Positions 1-10,791 of a stretch of 64,000 nucleotides of DNA are shown in pieces. The DNA lies in assembly GCA_017626095.1 (NCBI GenBank), contig JAGAJL010000013.1:15974-79973 (forward strand), in the 5' to 3' direction. The stretch comes from Lachnospiraceae bacterium. GTDB lineage: Bacteria; Bacillota; Clostridia; Lachnospirales; Lachnospiraceae. Position 1 is the stretch's first letter, and every line of letters begins with the position of its first letter. The translations under genes and the position numbers were made by a program. A model generated the notes under the pieces. It saw only the letters and a program-made list of their open reading frames with translations, made no database searches and was not told the DNA's origin.

Positions 1-379
1 CACAAACTGCACTTTTCTGTGCTTCATTTAATTCCATTGGAGTTGTAACAGTTGCAACACCAATGCCTTTATACTCTTTTACTCTGGAGATAAAATATTC
101 TAAGATATTGCATATCTCACCAAAACGGTCCTTTTTCACGATGATTACCAAAAATCCGGTCATATCGTCACTCACGCGACCCTTAAAGATTTCTTCCACA
201 ATCTGAAGCTTTTCTTCTTTTAAGATCTTTGGATGTACCATCAGTTCGGAAAGCTTGGGATTTTGTGAAAACGCTTCTAAAACAACCTGAGCTTCCTCAA
301 ATAAGGAATTCATGGTCTGTTTTTCTAAAGCTGTTTCAAATAATGCATCTCCATAGGTTTTTGAAATCAGCTTAGCCAT
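1..379 (-). CDS. atpH: ATP synthase F1 subunit delta (runs off the window edge; 3' end missing)
   Basis: Manual translation from the ATG at 379: MAKLISKTYGDALFETALEK...LMVHPKILKEEKLQIVEEIFKGRVS; follows atpF; not in the ORF track. Confidence 0.9.
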   Translation of the reverse strand, partial: MAKLISKTYGDALFETALEKQTMNSLFEEAQVVLEAFSQNPKLSELMVHPKILKEEKLQIVEEIFKGRVSDDMTGFLVIIVKKDRFGEICNILEYFISRVKEYKGIGVATVTTPMELNEAQKSAVC

Positions 380-933
380 GTGCTCTCACCCATTTCCTTT
401 AATGTTTCATCAATCAAGCTGTCCTGAACCGCTGTATCAATCGAAGCCTTTACAACCTTTCCTGCCATTACACTTGCAAGGTTGATCATTTCCTTCTTAA
501 CATCGTCGGCAACTTTCTGTTTTTCAAGTTCTGCCTCGCGGTTTGCTCTTGCAATAATCGACGCCGCTTCTTCTTTTGCTTTTGCAACGATCTGATCCTG
601 TGTGCGAAGAGCCTTTGCTCTTGCTTCACTCAAAATTGCTTCTGCTTCTTTATCAACACTCTTTAATTTCTCTTCGTATTCCAGCTTTAATGCATTTGCC
701 TGTTCTTTGTCTTCTTTTGCATTGTCTAAATCATTCTGGATTTTTTCCTGTCTGTTCTGTAATAAATTACGTACAGGATTGAATAATAAATTGGATGCAA
801 TCAAAAACAGGAAGAATACAGCAATAATCATAAGCGCCGCATCATGCAATAACTGAAAGTCCAAATCGAACAATCTCGTCATCCCTGCTTCTTCCGATAA
901 CAGGATGAGTCCTGTGCTTACTAACGTATTCAA
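367..933 (-). CDS. atpF: ATP synthase F0 subunit b
   Basis: N-terminal TM helix followed by long charged coiled coil; operon position; AAAGGAGG before a TTG start. Confidence 0.93.
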   Translation of the reverse strand: MNTLVSTGLILLSEEAGMTRLFDLDFQLLHDAALMIIAVFFLFLIASNLLFNPVRNLLQNRQEKIQNDLDNAKEDKEQANALKLEYEEKLKSVDKEAEAILSEARAKALRTQDQIVAKAKEEAASIIARANREAELEKQKVADDVKKEMINLASVMAGKVVKASIDTAVQDSLIDETLKEMGESTWLS

Positions 934-970
934 GTCTTAAGCCTCCTTTCTTGTTATTTTTAAAAGGCTT

Positions 971-1255
<285 letters not shown>

Positions 1256-1323
1256 TTAATCTTGATGATTGTCATCTTTTGATGACTTACACGCTCATCA
1301 ACGTGTTTTCAATAAATGTGTTT

Positions 1324-2043
1324 CTACGATTCTCCAATTGCATCTGTGACATAGGTCATTGTCAGCATACAGAATACATAGGTCTGAATTGCTCCTGAGA
1401 ACAAATCAAAGTACACATGAAGCGCAGCCGGCCAGATAATTGCAATTTTTGATAACAATCCGTATATCAAAGCCATCATTACCGTACCGGACAATACGTT
1501 TGCGAACAAACGTAATGATAATGAAATCGGAACCGCCACATCACCGATGATATTAATCGGCGCCCAAAACGGCCACGGATCGCACAAGCCTTTAATTACA
1601 CCACTGATATGCTGATGTTTAAACTTGTTAAAATGGATAATACAGAATGTCATAATACCCAGCGCAAGCGTGACACCGTAGTCAGCTGTAGGCGGACGCA
1701 GTCCAAACAATCCGGAAATATTACTGATTAAGATAAACAGAAAAATGGTGCCAATGTAATTTGCAAATTTGGCCGCATTTTTTCCCATGGTTGAAGAAAC
1801 CATGCCATCTAACATTTCCACAATCAGCTCTACTGCGTTGAGAAATCCTTTGGGCACATCTCCGGCTTTTTTAACTGCATGGTTTGTTGCGATACAAAAA
1901 CCGATAATCAGCAAAAATACAATTAAAACACAGACATGTGTGGTTGTTATCCATACGGTTTGCCCAAAAATCTCATAGGAAAAGATACCATGGACCATAA
2001 AGTCAATATCGGCACCGCCGGATAACAAAATTCCCTGCCCCAT
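1324..2043 (-). CDS. atpB: ATP synthase F0 subunit a
   Basis: PISLSLRLFANV and GAIQTYVFCMLT motifs; start moved to the ATG at 2043 after AGGAGGTG. Confidence 0.95.
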   Translation of the reverse strand: MGQGILLSGGADIDFMVHGIFSYEIFGQTVWITTTHVCVLIVFLLIIGFCIATNHAVKKAGDVPKGFLNAVELIVEMLDGMVSSTMGKNAAKFANYIGTIFLFILISNISGLFGLRPPTADYGVTLALGIMTFCIIHFNKFKHQHISGVIKGLCDPWPFWAPINIIGDVAVPISLSLRLFANVLSGTVMMALIYGLLSKIAIIWPAALHVYFDLFSGAIQTYVFCMLTMTYVTDAIGES

Positions 2044-2047
2044 ACAT

Positions 2048-2434
2048 TCACCTCCTAAATAATTTATGTGTAAACGGCGCAAGATACGCCGACACTTTTA
2101 AAGAAATCATACCGATAAAAGCGGCAATCGGACTGGCAAAATCAAAAATCATCAAAATCCCTAAAAGAATGAGCCACCCCCCATAACGAAGAGCACTTCC
2201 CTTTTGCATTTGTTTGGTCGCCGTTCCTTCATCATAGTCCACGGCATTATCAATACTATATGCCATATGCCATGCAGAAAGTGCGGCAACAAAAAGACCT
2301 ATCAAAAGCCCAATCGAATAATATAGCTTGCGCTCTAAAAACCAAACCGGTAAAAACTCGGCAAATAATCCGAAAATCAAAATTCCAATTAACAAATCCG
2401 GCAGAGATTCGTTAATCTTAAAAATCTTACTCAT
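2048..2434 (-). CDS. ATP synthase subunit I-like membrane protein
   Basis: 4-TM protein immediately upstream of atpB. Confidence 0.7.
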   Translation of the reverse strand: MSKIFKINESLPDLLIGILIFGLFAEFLPVWFLERKLYYSIGLLIGLFVAALSAWHMAYSIDNAVDYDEGTATKQMQKGSALRYGGWLILLGILMIFDFASPIAAFIGMISLKVSAYLAPFTHKLFRR

Positions 2435-2747
2435 GCTCTCTACCCTTTTTATCATCTGTCTTCTCAATCCGGGAAGTATCGGAAGAATTTAAATCACCAC
2501 GAGAATTTGTACGGGGACGAATATCCCTGTCAGGCGCCGCACAGAATATCTTTTTAGAAAAAATATAAATATTCCTGCCTCCGGCAAGTGCACCGATAAA
2601 GAAAAACAGAATCATGAAAAAAGACGTGCCAAGATACCGATCAAGAAAGATGCCGATAAACGAACATGCAAAAATCGGAACAAGCATATTAATACCAAAC
2701 TGGGTAATCATCGCAAGAGAACGGTATACATTTTTATGATATTTCAT
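2427..2747 (-). CDS. AtpZ/AtpI family membrane protein
   Basis: ITQFGINMLVPIF...GIFLDRYLGT...GALAG pattern; first gene of the atp operon. Confidence 0.75.
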   Translation of the reverse strand: MKYHKNVYRSLAMITQFGINMLVPIFACSFIGIFLDRYLGTSFFMILFFFIGALAGGRNIYIFSKKIFCAAPDRDIRPRTNSRGDLNSSDTSRIEKTDDKKGREHE

Positions 2748-2990
2748 ATCACGCTCTCCCTGTCCTTTCCGGTAGCCTACCAATACAAAATCCCTGTCAT
2801 TTAACAATTTAAAGAGCCTTGCGCCATGTCCGCAGACTTAAAATCATTATACTAATATTTGTAAAAAGAGTCTACTTAAATCGTTTTATTTTATGAAGTT
2901 TTTACAAGAATTAAATCCCCATTGACTTTTTATTTACAAACAGTTAGTATTTAGAAAATCAAAACATTTTCTGCCGAAAGGAGTCGAAGA

Positions 2991-3473
2991 ATGGAGTATC
3001 CCGTTTTATACAGAAAACGTCTCATTCCGGACGAGTGCATCTGCCTAAAAGATGATGAAATAATCTGTTTTTCCGAATCGGCAAAACGGATTGTAACAAA
3101 ATGGCATGCCATAAAACCACGCAAGGATCTGCACCATGGCTACTCAGCTTATTTCTGGGATGAGGGATTTAAGGTCAGTAAGTTTTATTCCGAATCCGGA
3201 GATTTGCTATACTGGTACTGCGATATCATCGATGTCCATTATGATAAAGAGAATGGTCGTCTGATTGCGACAGATTTACTTGCCGATGTTCTGATTTATC
3301 CGGACGGCTTTGTAAAAGTGGTGGATTTGGATGAAATTACCCAGGCATATGATAGTGGAATCCTATCAATTGACATGATGAAAACATCCATCAACCGATT
3401 GAATCATTTGCTAACTTTGATTTACTCAGGAGAATTTAAAAATTATCAAGAGTATCTTAATCAATACGAATGA
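2991..3473 (+). CDS. DUF402 domain protein
   Basis: YWYCDII...TDLLADVLIYPDG...VDLDE motifs; AAGGAG RBS. Confidence 0.7.
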   Translation: MEYPVLYRKRLIPDECICLKDDEIICFSESAKRIVTKWHAIKPRKDLHHGYSAYFWDEGFKVSKFYSESGDLLYWYCDIIDVHYDKENGRLIATDLLADVLIYPDGFVKVVDLDEITQAYDSGILSIDMMKTSINRLNHLLTLIYSGEFKNYQEYLNQYE

Positions 3474-3555
3474 CACTAGGGCCAATAAGCCATACAATGC
3501 ATAGCAATCCGCCCCAACATCTTTGAATATTATTTGATAATAATTAATATATGGC

Positions 3556-3584
3556 AAAAAAGAGCGAACTAATCGCTCTTTTTT
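3556..3584. terminator. Bidirectional intrinsic terminator
   Basis: AAAAAAGAGCGA-actaa-TCGCTCTTTTTT between convergent genes. Confidence 0.75.
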
Positions 3585-3704
3585 ATTACTTCCTTTTCAG
3601 ATTTATATTCCGATTTTTTTATTAAAAAACGCGAATATATTGTGCTTACAGATGTTCTGCCGCGTTTCTTACTTTTATTATTTACAACTTTTGGCATATA
3701 ACAA

Positions 3705-3928
3705 GTCGTCCTTACAGAAAATAATATATCTTTGTCCGCCGGCTTTTATGAGGTTTTGTGTATTTCTTGGCGGCATGGTGAACAAAATAATGCCCGGTTT
3801 CAACTGTTCGAAGACAAAGTCTGAGTTTTGAAACCGGGCATTTATAATATTTTGTGAACATGCCGCTTAGAAATACTAAAAACCGAAGTACGAGGCGGCA
3901 AAGATATATTATTTTCTGTAAGGCCGAC
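3705..3928. repeat. Rod-shaped palindromic repeat, family A, copy 1 (inverted relative to copies 2 and 3)
   Basis: Perfect 25-bp IR at 3710-3734 / 3899-3923 enclosing nested stems; core shared with 44868-45088 and about 60300-60530. Confidence 0.92.
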
Positions 3929-3945
3929 GACATATCACAAGGTTT

Positions 3946-5094
3946 TTAATAAAAAATATGTCCGCCGATCTGAATTCCGGTCAGTCCCGGTATCGGCGTC
4001 CGGAAAAACAGGCAGTTTCCAACCGGTGCTGAACCGGCCATGGCATCCTGAGCTGCCGCATAACAAGCCGGCGTCGCCTTGTGATTGGCAAGCGCAATCG
4101 CAAAACGTCCGCTTCCTACCGGAGAAAACTGGCGGTTCTGATAAATAACCTCCAAAATGGTATTGGGGAAAACCGAACTTTTGACACGATTCATTACAAC
4201 ATTTCCCACGGCAACCTGTCCAATGTAGGGCTGATTACCGGCTTCACAATATATGATTGCCGCAAGCAAATCCAGATCACCCGCAGCAAACGTAACCGAA
4301 GAAAGATCTGAAAAACCTGCTGCCATTGCTTGTTGCGTCAGGGCATTTTCTTCTTTTAACTTTTCCTGAAGCGTTGCAATATCATTTTCACTTTCTTCCA
4401 TCTGCTTTTCATATTCTAAAAGCTCTTTTTCTTTTTCCGAAATCTGATCCTGATATTCGGCAACATTCGCACTTGCTTTTTGTACCAGATCAGATACCTC
4501 GCTCTGCTTTTCCAATGCCTGTTCCTGCAAAGCGCCCAGAGCAACCCTCTCATCCACAATGCTCTGCTCATTGTTACGGATGGTTTCCTGGATATTCATA
4601 TATTCTTCCAGCATATCCCGGTCATATTGGGACATCTTTTCAACATATTCCGTTTTGTTGAGAAAATCAGCAAAGCTCTGTGCATGAAAAAATAATTCCA
4701 TATAAGCCGAATCGCCCTTCTCATACATAAACTTGATCCGCTTTTTCATGGCGATATACTGGTCGGCTTCTTTTTCTTTTGCTATTTCCAGTTCCTCCTG
4801 CATTTCAACTAAGGCAGTCTCTTTCTGCGAAATCAAATCTTCAATTCCGGCAAGCTCACCACTGGTCTGCAACAATTCACTATTCAGTTGATCCAAATAT
4901 GTCTGCAACCCTACCCGTTCTTTGTTCAAGTCGTCGATATCGTCTTCTACCCGGTCAGCATTTTTAGAAGCCTTCTCTTTCTCCTTCTGGGCCTCCTGCA
5001 ACTGACTGTAGGTCGATGCAGATACAGGCTTTCCTCCTGCAAACAAAAAGACGACACACATGACGGAAAGCAGACATAAAGTCTTCATTCTCAA
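3946..5094 (-). CDS. Secreted cell wall hydrolase: coiled coil plus SleB-type (Hydrolase_2) domain
   Basis: Signal peptide, long coiled coil, C-terminal LLAAIIYCEAG...AVGNVVMNRV...FPNTI...IGGHIFY. Confidence 0.85.
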   Translation of the reverse strand: MRMKTLCLLSVMCVVFLFAGGKPVSASTYSQLQEAQKEKEKASKNADRVEDDIDDLNKERVGLQTYLDQLNSELLQTSGELAGIEDLISQKETALVEMQEELEIAKEKEADQYIAMKKRIKFMYEKGDSAYMELFFHAQSFADFLNKTEYVEKMSQYDRDMLEEYMNIQETIRNNEQSIVDERVALGALQEQALEKQSEVSDLVQKASANVAEYQDQISEKEKELLEYEKQMEESENDIATLQEKLKEENALTQQAMAAGFSDLSSVTFAAGDLDLLAAIIYCEAGNQPYIGQVAVGNVVMNRVKSSVFPNTILEVIYQNRQFSPVGSGRFAIALANHKATPACYAAAQDAMAGSAPVGNCLFFRTPIPGLTGIQIGGHIFY

Positions 5095-5117
5095 AACATT
5101 AACCTTCTTTAACCGTT

Positions 5118-5603
5118 CTAAAGATTTAGTTCCACCTTTTTACCGGAATGTTGATATTCCTGATAAACAACACCTGCCGCATCAAACATTTTTCGTGATG
5201 CAATGCTGGCCGGAGTGTCTTTATATTTGTCGGAAGCAAATACAACCTTTTTAATTCCCGCCTGAATAATAGCCTTTGCACATTCATTACAGGGAAACAG
5301 CGAAACATAAAGGGTCGCACCTTCCAAACTTCCACCGCGATAATTTAAAATGGCATTTAATTCACTATGCGCCACAAAAGAATATTTTGTTTCCAAAGCG
5401 GAACCTTCTCTGGCCCATGGAAATAAATCATCCGAACATCCATTGGGGAATCCATTGTATCCCATGGAGAGAATACGATGATCTTTTCCGACGATACAGG
5501 CACCTACCTGTGTGTTGGGATCTTTTGAGCGCATGCCGGAAAGCATGGAAACCCCCATAAAATATTCATCCCAGGAAATATAATCCGTTCTTTGTCCTGC
5601 CAT
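5118..5603 (-). CDS. dCMP deaminase family protein
   Basis: RSKDPNTQVGA, GYNG, HSELNAI and PCNECAK zinc motifs. Confidence 0.9.
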   Translation of the reverse strand: MAGQRTDYISWDEYFMGVSMLSGMRSKDPNTQVGACIVGKDHRILSMGYNGFPNGCSDDLFPWAREGSALETKYSFVAHSELNAILNYRGGSLEGATLYVSLFPCNECAKAIIQAGIKKVVFASDKYKDTPASIASRKMFDAAGVVYQEYQHSGKKVELNL

Positions 5604-5622
5604 ACCAATCCTCCGTTTCCGG

Positions 5623-6252
5623 CTATTTTGTACCGAAAATTCTGTCTCCGGCATCACCTAAGCCGGGAACAATATAACTATGGTCGTTTAATTTTTCATC
5701 CAACGCACCGATGTATAAATCCACATCCGGATGTGCCTCCTGCATTGCTTTTACACCTTCGGGTGCAGCAATAATACACATAAAATGAATATTTTTGCAA
5801 CCTTTATCCTTTAACATCTGGATAGCAGCCACACTGGAACCACCGGTTGCCAACATCGGATCTACCACAAATACTTCACGCTCACTGCAGTCTGCCGGCA
5901 GTTTGCAATAATACTCAACCGGTTTTACCGTAACCGGATCTCTGTACAACCCAATATGACCAATCTTTGCAGAAGGGATCAATTGAAGCATTCCGTCCAC
6001 CATACCAAGTCCTGCTCTTAAAATCGGAACAACTGCAAGTTTTTTTCCTTTCAGCTCTTTTACCGTTGTTTTACAGATAGGAGTTTCGATTTCCACCTCG
6101 TCCATCGGTAGATCTCTGGTCGCTTCGTAGCAGATTAACATCGCTATTTCACTAATCGTCTGTCTGAAATCTTTGGTTCCCGTATCTTTTCTCCGGATAA
6201 ATCCGATTTTGTGCTGAATCAACGGATGATCCATAACAACTACCTTACTCAT
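5623..6252 (-). CDS. upp: Uracil phosphoribosyltransferase
   Basis: [38 protein letters not shown]. Confidence 0.97.
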   Translation of the reverse strand: MSKVVVMDHPLIQHKIGFIRRKDTGTKDFRQTISEIAMLICYEATRDLPMDEVEIETPICKTTVKELKGKKLAVVPILRAGLGMVDGMLQLIPSAKIGHIGLYRDPVTVKPVEYYCKLPADCSEREVFVVDPMLATGGSSVAAIQMLKDKGCKNIHFMCIIAAPEGVKAMQEAHPDVDLYIGALDEKLNDHSYIVPGLGDAGDRIFGTK

Positions 6253-6344
6253 ATTTTTGTCCTCCCGTACCTTCATTTATTATCTAAACCATTTTATCTG
6301 AAACAGTCTTACCATCCCTAAATCTGTTTTCCTATTCTTTATTT

Positions 6345-6773
6345 TTATTCTTCTATTCCGTCAATTCTTCTCTGATGCCGTTCTTCTCCCGAAAAATCAG
6401 TATTCAAAAAAGTATCTACGATTTCCACTGCCAGATTGGGACCTACAATTCCTGCTCCCAATGCTAAAACATTGGCATCATTATGAAGACGTGTAAGCTT
6501 AGCTGAAAGCGTATCTGCACATAACGCTGCCCGAATTCCCTTTACTTTATTTGCCGTAATGGAAATACCGATACCGGTTGTACAAATCACAATTCCTTTT
6601 TCACAACCGCCATCAGCAACTGCCTTTGCTACAGCCCGGCCGTAAACAGGATAATCACAGGAAGATTTATCATAACATCCCATGTCATTGACATCAACGC
6701 CCTGTTCCTCCAAATGTCTGATAATCAGCTCTTTTAATTCAAATCCGCCATGGTCACTTCCGATTGCTATCAT
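6345..6773 (-). CDS. rpiB: Ribose 5-phosphate isomerase B
   Basis: GSDHGG, DYP, CTTGIG, HNDAN, RHQRRI. Confidence 0.95.
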   Translation of the reverse strand: MIAIGSDHGGFELKELIIRHLEEQGVDVNDMGCYDKSSCDYPVYGRAVAKAVADGGCEKGIVICTTGIGISITANKVKGIRAALCADTLSAKLTRLHNDANVLALGAGIVGPNLAVEIVDTFLNTDFSGEERHQRRIDGIEE

Positions 6774-6784
6774 TTTTTCTCCTC

Positions 6785-7849
6785 CTAAATTGTAATTACT
6801 TTATGTCCCGCTGCTTTTAACAGGCGATTCATAATTGCCTGCCCCATACCACTGCAGTCAAAGGATTCTGCAAAAATATAAGACACCTCGTTTTCGTCAA
6901 ACTCCCGTAAAATCTCATATAATCTGCGGGCAATCATTGCTTCATCGGTTCTTTTTCCGACGCTCTTTTTATAGCATTGAATATAAGAATCAATGCTCTC
7001 ATCCGTTGCAATAATCCCCACCTTTTCTCCCATGGACTGCAGCTTTTGCAATCTTTCATTGATATAAGGAATGACTTTCTTTATTTCTCCGTCAACAATG
7101 GTCAAATCTCCCTTGGGTGCATAATGGCGATACTTCATGCCCGGAGCTTTCGGAGCAATACCGGAAGCCGCACTCAAAATTGTCTGATCCATTTCCACCT
7201 GATTTAAAACATCCTGAAGCATTTCTTCGGTGATATATCCCGGTCTTAAGATAACCGGTATGTCTTCTGTCAGATCAACTATCGTCGACTCTAATCCGAT
7301 ATCACAGCTTCCGCCGTCTAAAATCATCTCAATTTTGCCGTCCATATCCTCAAAGACATGTTGTCCCGTTGTCGGCGAAGGTCTGCCGGATGTATTGGCA
7401 CTGGGTGCAGCAACATATCCACCCGCCTGCAGAATAAATGCCTGCGCAATTTCATCGGAAGGAAAGCGAACCGCAACGGTGTTTAATCCTCCCGTCGTTT
7501 CAAGCGGCACAATGTCACTTTTTTGAAAAATCATGGTCAAAGGCCCCGGCCAAAAATGCTTTGCCAGTATTTTCGCGCTTTCCGGTATGTAGGATACGAT
7601 TTTATCCAGATCCCTCAAATGCGCAATGTGAACAATCAAGGGATTATCCGAGGGACGTCCCTTTGCCGCATATATTTTTTTGGATGATTCCGGATTGAGT
7701 GCATCTCCACCAAGACCATAAACCGTTTCCGTAGGAAATGCTACCAGTCCGCCTTTTTTTATGATTTCACCAGCCGCCCGGATAATTGGATTATCTGACA
7801 AATTATATCCTTTCGTATCCCGTGCAATCTGTTCAAAACGCGTTTTCAT
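6785..7849 (-). CDS. tsaC: L-threonylcarbamoyladenylate synthase (Sua5-type)
   Basis: FPTETVYGLG, KGRPSDNPLIVH, APSANTSGRPSPT, PGMKYRHYAP plus SUA5 domain. Confidence 0.95.
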   Translation of the reverse strand: MKTRFEQIARDTKGYNLSDNPIIRAAGEIIKKGGLVAFPTETVYGLGGDALNPESSKKIYAAKGRPSDNPLIVHIAHLRDLDKIVSYIPESAKILAKHFWPGPLTMIFQKSDIVPLETTGGLNTVAVRFPSDEIAQAFILQAGGYVAAPSANTSGRPSPTTGQHVFEDMDGKIEMILDGGSCDIGLESTIVDLTEDIPVILRPGYITEEMLQDVLNQVEMDQTILSAASGIAPKAPGMKYRHYAPKGDLTIVDGEIKKVIPYINERLQKLQSMGEKVGIIATDESIDSYIQCYKKSVGKRTDEAMIARRLYEILREFDENEVSYIFAESFDCSGMGQAIMNRLLKAAGHKVITI

Positions 7850-7895
7850 ACATTAAGCTCCGCTGTCATAATCTCATCTTTCATCATATCACAAA

Positions 7896-8588
7896 TTATA
7901 ATCCATTGAAATACTTTTGAATCCCCAAATAAATCTGAAAAGCCAGTTTTTCCTGATACGTTTCATCGGTTAGTTTTTTTGCATCTTCCGGATTTGACAA
8001 AAAGCCACACTCAACGATTACCGTTGGCATGGCTGATTTTTTCAAAATATAATAACTGTCATTTGCCTTTTCCTGCCGCGGTGCTTCGATTTCAAGTCCC
8101 TGATTAAGTGTATTCTGCATAATCGAGGCAACCTGATGTCCCGATTCGGAATTGGCATAATAAAAACATTGTGGTCCGCAGACAGCACTGTCCTGAAAGC
8201 TGTTTTGATGAATGCTGACAACCAAATCTGCATGCCGGTCTTCCATAAATTGAATTCTCCGATGCATATCCTGCGCTTTTTTGTTGGTTGCATTCTCATC
8301 ATACAGACCGCAATCAGTTGTCCTTGTCATGACAACCGTAAGATCGGATTGTTTTAATACCTTTTGAAGCTTTAAAGCGATTGCTAAGTTAACATCCTTT
8401 TCAAGTATCTGATTGACACCCACTTTTCCGGGATCATTCCCTCCGTGTCCAACATCAATCACTACGATTTTTTCATTTTCATTCCCGGCAGTCATGGTGT
8501 AGATTGCTGCCTGTCTGGATAAAACAACCATGGCCGCAAGCAGAAAAACCGTCATGCATGTTGCTATCACTTTCTGTTCCATTTTCAT
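7896..8588 (-). CDS. N-acetylmuramoyl-L-alanine amidase (Amidase_3, CwlD-like)
   Basis: IDVGHGGND, EKDVNL, SIHQN, IVECGFLSN; N-terminal TM. Confidence 0.9.
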   Translation of the reverse strand: MKMEQKVIATCMTVFLLAAMVVLSRQAAIYTMTAGNENEKIVVIDVGHGGNDPGKVGVNQILEKDVNLAIALKLQKVLKQSDLTVVMTRTTDCGLYDENATNKKAQDMHRRIQFMEDRHADLVVSIHQNSFQDSAVCGPQCFYYANSESGHQVASIMQNTLNQGLEIEAPRQEKANDSYYILKKSAMPTVIVECGFLSNPEDAKKLTDETYQEKLAFQIYLGIQKYFNGL

Positions 8589-8685
8589 CCATAAAATCCT
8601 TTTTTATAGTATTTATGCATAAAACAAAACAGATATTCAAACGAGCGGATTCTTTACTGCTTATTTCTATAAATAAAACAAATCA

Positions 8686-10365
8686 TTACTGTTGCAGATA
8701 AGCCGCTATTTCGTTCCAGATATCAGATTTTTCCTGTCCCAGTCTCCATCCAGCAACTCCCGCAAGATTGTATTTTTCCATAACGCTCAGTTTCACCGCA
8801 ATGGATTCACTCTCCTCAAGCCATACCGCATAATCTGTTCCGTCCACGGAAAACTGTGCTGTATACTGGCAGGCGCCGTCATCCCAAATGGTTGTCACAC
8901 CATTGTTATTCAAAAAGTTCTCAATCTCATTCATTCCGTACGCAACCTGACCGATATCACCTGTCGTTTTCCACAGTCTGGTATAAAACGGAATTGCGTT
9001 GATGACTTTTTCAGCCGGGACCTGAGATACCGTCTTTTCAATTCCACTCTGTACGAAATCAATGGATGCATTTGATCCTACACCATCTGCAGCCGCAACA
9101 TGCTCATCATAACCCATGATAATCACATAATCGACAACTTCTCCCTGTTTTCCACGGTCATAATTTAACAGATATCCATTGTCTGCGGAAAGAATGATGC
9201 CATTTTTGTGACATTCAATATAGAGTTCCCTTAAAAACTGAATATAACCGGGAGCTGCTTCTGCACTGACCGCTTCAAAATCGACATTGATTCCGTCAAT
9301 CTGATATTGCTGCACCGTGCGGATTAACTGGTCAATTAAATTGCGACGGCTGGTAGTATTATTTACAACATTTGCTGTAGATACATCTTTATTGGTAAAA
9401 TTATCCAAAAGTGCCCATACCTGAATTCCTCTGTTGTGCATGGCGGTAACATATCCGGCATCCGCAAGGGAGGAAAAATTGCCGTAATCATCAATCAATG
9501 AAAACCAGGTAGGCGAAATGACATTGACACCCTGTGTATTTTGCAGTAACCCTTCCGCATAGGAATTGGCATCCATGTTGGTTACCATATTCCATACCAG
9601 GCAAATCTTACCGTCTCTTTGCAAGGGTGCATAGGCCGGCGCCACATAATCTGTCACGGGTGTGGGTGTAACCGGATCTGTCTCTTCCAGTCTCTTATTT
9701 TCCACGTATCCGCTGATTCCGTCATATGTTGTAACCAGACTCCAGGTCTCCATTTCATCGACCAAACGAACATCGTCTCCTTTGGAAAGATCTGCCAAAA
9801 TCTCACTCTTTACACCACCCAGCACTCTGACCTGAGTATCTTTTTTCACCAAAGCATGGCGTTCTTCTTCCCAAACGGTATCTATAATAACCCGATTCGG
9901 TTCTGCAAAAAACTGATAAGAAAAATTACTGAATTTTTTTACAAACTCATCAGCAAGATAAAGCGTATCATTCATGGCAACCGTCAGAGCATAACTCTCC
10001 GATGCAAATTCCGTACCAAAATTATAATCCGTACTTCCGATTGCTGTGGAAAGAATTGCCGTATCGGTTGTAAATAAAAGCTGCTGTTGTGACATATCAT
10101 AATAAAAATGATTATTCAAATTTTCATCGACAAAAGCAAGCGGGAAATAGACATGATCATCCCGATAAAGAGCATCGGTCTCAATCAGCGTATCATTAAA
10201 TACAATGGCTGTTTCCTCACCGCCAGCCACATTAAAATATGTGTTTAAATCCGCTCTCTCCTGCGAATAAGAATACTTTTCCAACAAGCCTGTTGACAGG
10301 CCAATCAGTGCAACAACAACAATCAATGCAACCGCAACCAAAACGGGTATATATTTTTTCTTCAT
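8686..10365 (-). CDS. GH18 glycosyl hydrolase with SH3 domain (spore-cortex or chitinase-like)
   Basis: N-terminal anchor, SH3b-like segment, IDGINVDFE catalytic motif, IMGYDEH, GWRLGQE. Confidence 0.85.
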   Translation of the reverse strand: MKKKYIPVLVAVALIVVVALIGLSTGLLEKYSYSQERADLNTYFNVAGGEETAIVFNDTLIETDALYRDDHVYFPLAFVDENLNNHFYYDMSQQQLLFTTDTAILSTAIGSTDYNFGTEFASESYALTVAMNDTLYLADEFVKKFSNFSYQFFAEPNRVIIDTVWEEERHALVKKDTQVRVLGGVKSEILADLSKGDDVRLVDEMETWSLVTTYDGISGYVENKRLEETDPVTPTPVTDYVAPAYAPLQRDGKICLVWNMVTNMDANSYAEGLLQNTQGVNVISPTWFSLIDDYGNFSSLADAGYVTAMHNRGIQVWALLDNFTNKDVSTANVVNNTTSRRNLIDQLIRTVQQYQIDGINVDFEAVSAEAAPGYIQFLRELYIECHKNGIILSADNGYLLNYDRGKQGEVVDYVIIMGYDEHVAAADGVGSNASIDFVQSGIEKTVSQVPAEKVINAIPFYTRLWKTTGDIGQVAYGMNEIENFLNNNGVTTIWDDGACQYTAQFSVDGTDYAVWLEESESIAVKLSVMEKYNLAGVAGWRLGQEKSDIWNEIAAYLQQ

Positions 10366-10578
10366 TTGTATATCCTCCGATTCAAATGATATCAGATTTT
10401 TCGATTCCTATTTACGTTAAACAAAAATAAAACATCATTCCGGACATCATTTGAATCCGATTATAACAAAACTTTTATTTCAGCACAATGCTTAAACTCC
10501 CCAATCCCTTTGCCAAAGGCAAACCAATGATCAGCATAGAAGGACCTTGATCATAACCCCGTTAAGCATCTGTGGCTT

Positions 10579-10791
10579 TTAACAAATAGTGTCATAGCGG
10601 ATTTCTTTGATATATCCACGCTCGTCTGTTACGAAATCCGCCATATAAAAATGATCTTCCCGAAACACTGCCGAACTTATCTTTTTCGGTGAGGATAATG
10701 TTCCGTCAAGATACAGCACAGCTCCTTTTTTTAAAGAAGCAGTCAAATCCTGTTCCATTTGCTTTTTTGTGTTTTTCTTTTCTGCTTCCAT
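10579..10791 (-). CDS. Small hypothetical protein
   Basis: C-terminal part of the 124-aa ORF (LYLDG...YMADFVTDERG.IKEIRYD); GGAGGTG upstream of the ATG at 10791; start uncertain. Confidence 0.55.
   Translation of the reverse strand: MEAEKKNTKKQMEQDLTASLKKGAVLYLDGTLSSPKKISSAVFREDHFYMADFVTDERGYIKEIRYDTIC

Noticed and set aside
3640-3933. Short ORFs over family A repeats (also 44964-45188 and 60105-60867)
   Set aside because: Similar peptides recur only because the DNA repeat recurs; no RBS, and frames and lengths differ between copies.
10515-10575. c-di-GMP-I riboswitch suggested by GGCAAACC
   Set aside because: The GAAA tetraloop and downstream GCAAAGC elements are missing.
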